From Trichoplax adhaerens (lineage: Eukaryota > Animalia > Placozoa), in NCBI RefSeq assembly GCF_000150275.1, contig NW_002060954.1:868001-932000 (forward strand): DNA of 64,000 nucleotides, given 5' to 3'. Each line of letters opens with the position of its first letter. The first letter of the stretch is position 1. The notes beneath the pieces are model-generated. The model searched no databases and was not told where the DNA came from. It saw only the letters and a program-made list of their open reading frames with translations. Of this stretch, positions 54,394 to 64,000 are shown in pieces. Position numbers and translations under genes: made by a program.

Positions 54394-54571
54394 CTACTTC
54401 TTCGACAGGTGTGCGAATTCGGATACCCTTCACTATCATAATATCTACGATATTTCGAAATTCCTTCTGGACTACTGCTTCTCCATTAGTAATTCTACTT
54501 CTTCGACAGGTGTGCGAATTCTAATATCCTTCTCTACCATAATATCTACGATATTTTGAAATTCTTCCGGG
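54394..54571. repeat. 101-bp-period tandem duplication of the NRDE2 terminal coding segment
   Basis: ctacttcttcgacaggtgtgcgaattc...cataatatctacgatattt(c/t)gaaattc begins at 54394 and 54495. Confidence 0.9.
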
Positions 54572-57500
54572 AAATAACATACTCCATCCATATAAATATC
54601 CTAAATTCAGATTTTACATTATTATTAGTATCAATCACGTAAGGGCATGTTATGATTATTGCAGTAGCACATATCAATGGCATTCTTAACTCCTATCAGT
54701 TTTTAAAACTGTATGTTGTACCTTAGCCCATGGACAACTTTGAAGTCCTCGATAAAAGACTGCTTTGGCATTTGCAGCGTTTCCTTGACTCATCTAAATA
54801 TACCGAATTTGCGTAAATAACAAGAAGCTATTTTATTAAATCTTTTAAATTGAAATTTTCACGTTTCTGATGAAATATCGAATGTACGAATATGGCTTAC
54901 GAGAAATTTACGGTTTTAACATTACTTACTTCATAACGCATGTAATCTCTCCAAATTGCTATGCAATGTTTAGTCCAAGGACTAACAATTGCACGTTCGT
55001 AGATGGATCGCACTCTATGACTAATGCCAGTATCAATGGAGGATAGCCCATCTGACGTTATAGTCGTATTATTAGTTGGATTTAATTGGTTATTAAAGGT
55101 ATGCAACCTAAATTCTTCTTGCTGCATTGCGATAAGCCATGGTAACGATGATGAACTTCGGCTGATTACATTATCAAAATAACGCCTCATACGTCCCATA
55201 ACAAACATTTGCGTTTCATTGTTAGCAAAAGTAGATAGAAGATCCAAATTGTATGGGTATCTATTCAGAGCTTCAATGTTAAATTGGCGCTTCGTATTAT
55301 AAGAACAATATGTGGTATCAGTATGAATTTTGTAGAGAAGTAATTGATTAACGGTTAATTTTTCTAATAGAAAATTCAGTGCTGACATATTTTGTGATAG
55401 TTTTAATTGCAAAAATGAATCTTTAATTGATGATATTGTCGATTCGAATACATTAGAAGCAGATTCCAGGTTGTTTATGAGATATTCAAATATTGCATGG
55501 CAAAATGTGAGATTAATAATATGTTTACATTTTTCTTCTACACTTGAATTAATATTTTCTGAATTTATAGATGAAAATAAATTATCCCTAATGTTATTCA
55601 TATACTTTTTACAACGAAGAATTTCAGTTGATGACAACGTAGTGGATGAAATTGATTTTGAAAAATCCTTTGCTTTATCAGCTAGAATGGATATTACATT
55701 GAGTACCGTATTTTGGACGTTTTCAGTGATAACAGAGTTTAAGGATTCATCATATAGATTTAATTCCAGTTCTATATAGGCCTTAATAACAGCAGTTAGA
55801 AATACCATTGAATTTGTCTTTTTTGACATGTCCAAGACCTGTTCCAGAATTCTTTTCGCCAAGTCAAGGTTGCCTAAGATCATCTCTAATCTAGCATATG
55901 CTAGCCAAATCTCGATATTGCTTCTGTTTAATGATTGTCTAAGAAAATTTTTGCAAAATTTTTCGAAGTTCTTATTTTTAACCATTTGCGACTTCTGATG
56001 TGTTGGGTTGCTTCTTATTAACCCGTTACAGGTGATTACTTTGCATTTATAAGCAACATAATTTATCCATATCAGTGCTAGCCTTGTGTAATTATGTGCA
56101 CTAAATAATGATAGCGATTGTGCAAATATATTTGAGATAAATGCTTCCATATCGGTCCATCGTAAAGATTCTGCATTGATGAAGGTCCATCCGTGATAAC
56201 CTTGCATTTTAAAGCCTGGGCATAGCCGCACTTGATTTACATGAGTATATGTTAGCTGATCGAATCGTAGGTCTTCTTCAAGTGATGATGCCTCGAGTAA
56301 CATTACCGGCACTCCTAAAAATTGGAGGAATTTAATAATGATTTCTAATTTTAGCGTTTCTGATGCGATGATAAAAAGGCAAGAATTTATGTCATCGAAT
56401 AAAACTAATCGATCGACGTCTTCACAATCATCTTCGGTTTCTCCTTTCAGTCGGTTCGGCTTCCACGGTAACCATCCTTTACCTCTACGATATTTTTCAA
56501 GGTTGTTCCAAGCTTTCCATAATGGTTTGTCCTTTACAACGCTTTCATCATCTTCAGTATCTGAATTAGATATTTCTCCATTTGATTTATCGATAGTGAA
56601 ATTTGATCCCTAATTTATAACGATCAAAGGAATTAAAGAAAGTAAATTTATCGTAAATAATTAGGTGCATCGTATGCTACGTTTCACATGACATGTTACA
56701 GAGTATTAATTTATTGCTCAATCTATCATATAAATGAAGTCAATAATTAAAATACGAGGGATATTAGGTGTAATAACCGTATTACTGACCTTTTCTTCAA
56801 CACTTTTCATCCATTCATGCCATCCGCTAGCGTTTACTTCTCCAAATCGCGCAATATTACTATCCCAGAAAGTTTCAAAAAAAGCCACTCGTCCTGTTAG
56901 GGTCGATGTGTCACAGATTTGATTGGGGCAAAAACAGTTAAATTCTATTAAGGCTTGAAAGCATGCTATTGCTTTTTCAGTGTGACCGACTTGAGCTAGA
57001 AAAGAGCATTTTTGAAGGAAAATTTTTATCATTCCTTCCTCAGCATTAGATTCGCAGCCATGCGATACTAAGTTACCCTCCTTTATATTCGACAAGTTAT
57101 CTAAGCATTGATCATATAAGGAAATCAAACGAGTGGCAGAAAATGAAGAAAATCTAGCTTGGGAATAAAGTAGATAATATCTCCATATTATAGATCGGTT
57201 AGGGTAAGTAAAAGTTAGTTTTTTCCATCTTTTTTCCAGCTGGTCATTATCCCAAACTTCGGCACATAATTGCATATGACCCAATATTAATTCCATAGAT
57301 GTAGGATTTGCTTCGAGTGCTCGCTCATAAATAGCAATTTTTCGTTCTGTTAAAGCCTTTCTCTTAATATTAGCAGTGAATTTATCTGCATAAGTATCCT
57401 GAAATTGAATAAATTGTAACCATAATCCAATATTATCGGGATGCTCGCGTAAATCCTTGTTGTAATCATTAGCTAAATTCGATAGATATTCATCCAGGTT

Positions 57501-59721
57501 GGTAGCTTTAAAAATATGTTGGTCGGCTTCTTTCGCGCCTGTAGTATTAGTTAGAATCGCAATTGTTTGTCTTTAATAAATTTTAACATAATTGCACTTT
57601 TATCAATCATCAATTTACGTATAAACTATAAAGCATAAATAAGTATTTGCATTTAGGCTGTTTTATAAGGAGAGACTTATAAACGGTTCGTTATAAAATA
57701 TAAAATTTTTCATTGTTTGTAATAACTCTACATCGTTACATGAGGCAAACTTATAACCTAGATATAATAATACGAACCTAGGATTTTACGATCCAACGGT
57801 ATGAAGAGGCTACTGGCTGCAGAATTCTTACACTGATCTTCCTTATTACTTTCCTTAAGGTTTTTGTATAGAATTTCGTTATCGTTGCTACACACCTTAC
57901 TGACTAATTTGTAATAACGTCGCTGCTGAAGAGGATTAATTACATCTTTTTTCTTTAACCGTTTCTGTCTCCATTTTACTATTCTGTTACGACGAAGCCC
58001 TTGGACTTCTACTTTCATAAATTGCCGGTACTCAGGTATGTCTAGTCGATACAGCTTTTGATACCTTACATTATCTAGGTCAGCATGGCGATCAACTCGA
58101 AATGCATCTTGCGGCTTTAGATTCGTTTCTTCTATCCATATGGTATTTGGCTTCTCCTTTATTGTACTTTTAAGAGTATCCTTTGAATGCACTTTCTTAC
58201 GCTTCTTTTTATCGATTTCCTCCAATCCAAAAGTTACGTTGTGTTGTTGTTTTGGTGCCTGAACTATCCCTATAATTTTGTGAATGGGTTGACAGCATTG
58301 AGATTTGCATATTAGTAATTTAGAATGTAAACAAGTTAGCAGAACAGATACGTGTTTACACTTAAAATGTGCTATAATTTACTAACAGATCTAAGTTACC
58401 GATTATATACTGCAGTGATAGATCGTTCTAAATATAGGCACGATAAAGTGTATATATTATTTTACTAAGACGTCACTTTGAAATTCCAATTAAAGTGATG
58501 GGCAGTAAATTTAACAAAATTAGTTCCTACAAAGGCTAAATTAGTAAGGATTCGATTTATAAAGTGTAAAGATATGAATACGTATCACAGGAGTATAATT
58601 TTAATTTGATAATTATCACTGACTATTAAAATGGGTATCTTCATAGTCGTCGTAGGAATAAGGATCATAATCTTCCCAAGTGTAGTAATTTGCTTCAGTA
58701 ACCTGCTGAGGATCGAAGCTTTCATTTCGTAACCAATCTATTTCATTTTCTGTTATTTGCATTGCATTTATTCGAAAAAAGAAATAGATTTAGCATCGTA
58801 CGTCATTAAATATATAGTTATTATTACATATTATATAAAGAAATGATTCATTTAATGCGCATACTATGGCATAATACTCAACGAGTACTGTATATTCAAG
58901 ATCAATCAGGATAAAATCGTTAGAAATGATCAAAAGTATCTGATGGACGATCCCCTATTTTTACGTATTGTATTTTAAACCGACTTTATAGCATTAATAA
59001 GTCCCTAAATAGGGTAATCGAACTGCGTGAATATAGTTTACTGTGCAAAACTTCAGTTATAATGCAGACAGATAACAGCAGATAAATAGACGCTTTCACG
59101 TAGTATAATCGACTATAAATCAATAGTATTGATGAAACTTTATCTTCGAGTACGGTAATATTTTATTTTAGCTACTACATATGCTATATATGCAATATTA
59201 TATGATAGCGTAAGGTATCAAAAGCGAGATACTGTATTGAAAATTTCCAATATAATATAATTTTTTATGCTTCGACACTGATTGCTAGAGCCATTGTTGA
59301 ATGGCATACAAGTAGCTGGTTGACTGTTAACTTCATGTAATAAACAAGCAAACGAAGTTCTGAACTAAGGGCTTGCTTTCACAGTTATGCATTATGACTG
59401 ATACAGTAAATGACAGCACTAAAAATGGGTCCAAATCTAGCAGTTAAGTGCATATAAATCACACAGAATATATAACGGAAATCAATCATTTTCTACTATA
59501 ACCGATTTTGTTAACACCAGAAATCATGTCAGCAATCTTGCAAGCAAGGAGTTACAGGGAGCACATTACCGTATTCCGTAATAAATACATTTAATACATA
59601 TACGTGTTAATAGACCTCGATGGGATAACTCCTCGGCCTCTTGTTGGTAATCATGACTTTGCGTTAGAATAGGAAAGAGAGGCGTTGTATTTTGTCGATT
59701 GGAAGTAGGAGAAGTTTGCAT
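54472..59721 (-). CDS. NRDE2: Nuclear exosome regulator NRDE2 (start exon approximate)
   Basis: TPLFPIL...EIDWLRNESF, FRVDRHADLDN...LYRLDIPEY, LREHPDNIGLWLQFIQFQD, QVGHTEKAIACFQALIEFNCF, FFETFWDSNIARFGEVNASGW, YRGLQSCPWAK, IMVEKDIRIRTPVEEVELL. Confidence 0.93.
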
Positions 59722-59817
59722 CTCTTACCAGGAAAATCTTGACGAATGTTGAAGGAATGAAAGTATGAAACAGTGCTCGGTAAGGATTTGTACGAGTATA
59801 CGGACGGATAAGACTTG

Positions 59818-59962
59818 CCTACAGTATCTAGTACTGTACCATGACTCCTAGCCATGCTCCAGCTCGAATATTACATACTGTTACTGCACTGTATAGTGTA
59901 CAGTACTGCATGATACACTGTACTCTCAGTACACTACTACTACGCTACAGTATACAGTACAA
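59818..59962. promoter_or_regulatory. GTAC array upstream of NRDE2
   Basis: tagtactgtacc, cactgtatagtgtacagtactgca, tacactgtactctcagtacact, tacagtatacagtac. Confidence 0.55.
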
Positions 59963-59967
59963 TCTAC

Positions 59968-60302
59968 CATAGACTGGATTCAAAAACCAAAACAAGTAAA
60001 ACTCCAACAGCTTCACGATTTCGTCTACATCAGTGGCAGTCTCCCGATACAAATTCCGAAGGAATTTTATTTACTAAAAGTTAACTATCGCCGTTTCAAA
60101 TACCGATCTAAAGCCACTTTTAAAATGACAAAAAATAGCGTTGGATCAGTAATTTAAAACGGGAATAGGCCACTTTTAGCAAATTGAATTCCTTCAGAAT
60201 TCATATCAAGAGACTGCTACTAATACAGCATACGCGTACACGAATCTGTGAAGCTGTTGGGAAATGTTGAATTTTGAAGTTTATTTTTGAATATAGTCTA
60301 CA
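59968..60302. mobile_element. ~335-bp degenerate fold-back element (MITE), CATAGACT left terminus
   Basis: Nested inverted matches: tagact/agtcta, ttcaaaaa/tttttgaa, ccaacagcttcac/gtgaagctgttgg, agtggcagtctc/gagactgctact, gaaggaatt/aattccttc, ctaaaag/cttttag, ccgttt/aaacgg; no clean TSD. Confidence 0.8.
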
Positions 60303-61830
60303 GTAGTCTATTTTTGGATTGTACTATTACTATATCATCATACACGTACAGTACGATATGTTACATAAGCGAATTTCTCTGCTGTGAATCTACTGTACTA
60401 GGTCTGTCTACTAATGTAGACAAATCAACGGGTCCAGAACTCGCTTTAAATAATAGCTTCCAGTAAAGGCCCTAAACTACAGTTACTAAGCACTGGTAAT
60501 ATTTACTAAAGGGATTTGCACTATCGCCTTTCGATTCCTGTATACTGTATAGTCAGTCAGTCACTTGAGGTATGCACTTAAAAAGACTGGAATAGACGAA
60601 TCCAAAACAATTTCGGCTATATGATAGTCTTTAAATGCAAGACCTCCATTATTCACACCCTTCATTGAAGTCTGATTGCCTTATATAACTAGAGTAGTTA
60701 TAAATTCTGACTGAACGGTAAAAATTAGTCACAGATGAAATAGCAAATACTACATCTTTTCGAATTTAAAGTTATAGACTGCAATCCCTTTGTTGTTTTA
60801 GTTCCAGCAGAAGAATGGAAATCTGGGATACTACAGTAGATATACAGATGATGCACCGTATTTACTCCTTATCATATACTATCGAGGCTGCAAGATTCCA
60901 CTATGAATATAAAATCTGCACATTAAATGCACATAGTATATCGATCTTTACATAGCAAGGCAATAAAGTGTTCTACTCGAATGCACATAGGTAGTGACCC
61001 TTACTTTATACCATCACTTGCAAATGATACATTAGTTTAAGCTTATAGATCAAAGAGCTTTATCATAAGCAAAAATACGTCAATAAATAAATATGTTATC
61101 TATTAAGCAATTCTAGTGCAATAAAACCAGATCCAAACGCAATGGTAGTATTGTAACCCGAATAAATTAAATTAATCAATTAGCAATTTTTTGATAACAT
61201 TAAAAATTTGCAATATTTGTTCTGTATCATTAAATATCATTGCATTTCATTTCCTGCATAATTATCTAGATTCATGTAGGAATTACTACATAAAATACGC
61301 AGACAGAATTTTACATAATTAGTAATAATAGTCATAATCCAGTACTGATACGGTAAATTGAAATCATTAACATCATCGGCATTTATGTGATTTTTTCTAA
61401 CTTTAGTAACTGTAACAAATGCTGTTAATATCATACTGCCTTTAAACTATAGCAGTACAGCAAGATCTTTAATCAGTGCCTTTTTATTCCCAAAATAAAC
61501 TATAAATAGATGATTATTTTAATATTATCATGGTGTGCAAAAAATGATTGACGCAATAACTTAAAATATACTTCATTTTAGAATAAATTTAATTTTTATA
61601 ACCGATGACCCAATTCCTGTATACTTAAAAGAAATAGCTACTATTTGCATAAAATATATTATAATTTTTGGAATTGATATGTTGAAGGTTTGTAGTGCTA
61701 TAAATGACACTAATCACTCAATCGCAGTTAACATTTCTTACACATTCTTGCGATAGTCGGTGGTAACAGATAAATATTTTAAGAAGGATTACAAAACCCA
61801 AGATCTATAACAAGTCCTTTGCCTTTATAA

Positions 61831-64000
61831 CTAATCTATAACATAGAACGGAAACAATTTTTACAGGACTTAAGGTTAACAGATAAGTTTATAAAGGTAT
61901 GTTACCTCCTATAGCTTTATCTTCTTCAGTAGTAGTAGTAGATGCATAATTAATATCTGCAATTACTTTATCCATTTCTTTTTCAAAGTCATCAGGAGAT
62001 CGTGATAGCTCTAAAAATTAGATATTCATGTAATTATACTTTTCATAAAAATTTTTACATAACATGAACCAAAAAAGCGTTAAAGGAATCTCTTACGATC
62101 TTCATCTCCTTCTATATCATCCTCATCATCAGAATTATCATGTAACATTCGTAGGCGATTCTTTCGACTATAATCACCCTCAGCATTTAATTCACTGTAA
62201 TCATCGGACTTTTCATCAGAATCTGTTACTGTTAATACGTTAAGTATACATTTAAGAAGTTCAAAGAAATCCACATATCACCCAAGAAGATTATATTACC
62301 AAGGAAATAACTAAAACGAAAATATTTTCACTTATTAACATCAGTAAAACTTACCTTCATTATTATTGCTGTTGTCATTCATTTTTTCAGAAGCTAGTTG
62401 ATGGGTAATAGCTTCAAATTCAAACTCTCCTTTGAATTGAGGGTTTTCGGGCGAAATAAATCTGGGAGAATCTAGACTTGAATGGGTGGGCAATTTTTCA
62501 AAATGGGGCGTCGGATCTTCTTTATCGCTATCAATACTACTTGTCTGCTTTTCGAGTATTTCGTACTCTCTTCTTCTTGCCTTCATTTTATTTCTTTGAC
62601 AGTATGAATAAATGTCTGCTAATAGTCTTTGCTGCATTACTTCGTGCCCCTATCAGTATATTGCTATGGTTAGTGTCTACTGTAACATTTTTATATTATA
62701 CAATGTCTATAAGCGATTCACTAGTTAACAACCGGCTCTTTCTTCGGATCTTTATCAATATCAAGTCTCGTTAGTGATTCGTTGATTTTTAGACTAAGAG
62801 ATAAGGCTAATAATCCTCCAGCTCTTATATCATTTTCTCTAAGGTCCAGTCTGATTAGTCTTTTATTATCAGCGATAACTTCAGCAATAGGTACAACACC
62901 TATTTAGAATAAGTTACCCATAAATTTTTATAGAATACTGGATCTCAAAAATTTGTAAATAGCTATATTATAAGAGTAGCGTTACAAATACCTTGACAAG
63001 TAATTTTTGCTGACATTAATCCCAATCGTAATAAGGATCGGTTTTTAAGCAAGCCTGTCCTGATTATATGTATACCCTCGTTTGTAATTCGATTGCAACC
63101 AAGGTTTAATGTTTCTAGATGTTTCATTTCAGGCTATTCAACAAAAAATAATTCTTACATAATTTCAATGATCAATTATTAAATATGAAGGAATTTAATA
63201 AATAAGATTGTACCAGTGATCTAGCGAGATGTTTCATTCCTAAATGAGTTATTTGATTATTCCACAATACTATAGTTGCAAGACCTCCAGTACGTGGTTG
63301 CTCAGCTAACCCCTGGCATAGATGAGCTAGACCGACATCCTTCAAAATTTTAATGATAACTTTAAATCATAATTTACACTTACTCGTAGTCGTAACAGCT
63401 TAAGCATTACTCTATTTTACGAGATTTTATTAACTTTGCCTTTACCTGAATAATATTATTTCGTAGATCAAGTAATGAAAGGGTAGAATTATATCTTAAC
63501 ATGTTCGCCAGAGGCACAGCGTCTGCTGATACTAGTTTGTTATCTCCGATAAATAGGTCTCTTAATGCTTCATTTAGTTTTAAGGCCGACGCTTGTTAGA
63601 GATAATTAAAATAAAAGAGTCTGATTTATGTCCTATTAATATGAAAATAAAACATCTAGATAAGTGTTTGACATACCTAAAAGGAACAGCGGCCGGCCGC
63701 TAACATGGGTATTTTCCATATGTAGGGTAGATAGACAAGATTTTGCCCTTATCGTTCTAGCAAGTAGTGGTATACTTTGCTCGGTCCACGTTGTATTGCG
63801 CATATCAAAGTACTCTATACTAGTCTACCATTTAAATGATCGAGAAGTATGTTTAGTGTTAATAGTTCAGTAGCAATGTATTAGTATTACGGGAAAGACT
63901 AGTAATATAGCAACCAAACTTTTTCTTACATATGAATGTAATGTTTAATTTTGTATTAAACATACCTTTTTGATCATTCTAGAAGCAGCATGCCATCCTC
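61831..64000 (-). CDS. PPP1R37: Protein phosphatase 1 regulatory subunit 37 (LRR); 5' part outside window, 3' end approximate
   Basis: GWHAASRMIKK, LHMENTHVSGRPLFLL, LDLRNNIIQ|DVGLAHLCQGL, IVLWNNQITHLGM, LRLGLMSAKITCQG, LIRLDLRENDIRAGGLLALSLSLKINESLTRLDIDKDPKKE. Confidence 0.92.

Noticed and set aside
55471-55779. Plus-strand ORFs antisense to NRDE2 and other exons (333, 7301, 29246, 56338, 56734, 62478)
   Set aside because: Shadow ORFs opposite real coding exons, with no independent support
61900-62274. Acidic DDFEKEM segment suggesting a separate EAPP gene
   Set aside because: Splices in line with the upstream PPP1R37 exons, and no EAPP Cys-rich domain follows

Overview
Eukaryotic, AT-rich (roughly two-thirds AT by eye), very gene-dense animal DNA with many short GT-AG introns and no CpG depletion. 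This is most consistent with a compact early-branching metazoan such as a placozoan (Trichoplax-like); the taxon is an inference. I can assemble 15 spliced protein-coding genes: PC (3' part), AQR, AHSA1, COX7A-family, PSMD11, TRAPPC6, a divergent bZIP factor, Churchill, TRMT6, ATP5S/DMAC2L, Pinin, a membrane-anchored M14 carboxypeptidase, TRMT61B, NRDE2 and PPP1R37 (5' end outside the window). Several are barely visible in the ORF track. No tRNA, rRNA, snRNA or CRISPR was found. The most striking unexplained structure is a family of quasi-palindromic (TACAG/CTGTA)n 'GTAC arrays'. They sit at the 5' end or bidirectional promoter of essentially every housekeeping gene, are sparse elsewhere and are missing upstream of the bZIP gene. 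Beside them lie tiny P/Galileo-like fold-back elements with target-site duplications, and one local duplication appears to capture a fold-back insertion creating a new array unit. Exon boundaries were read by eye and are approximate where stated.
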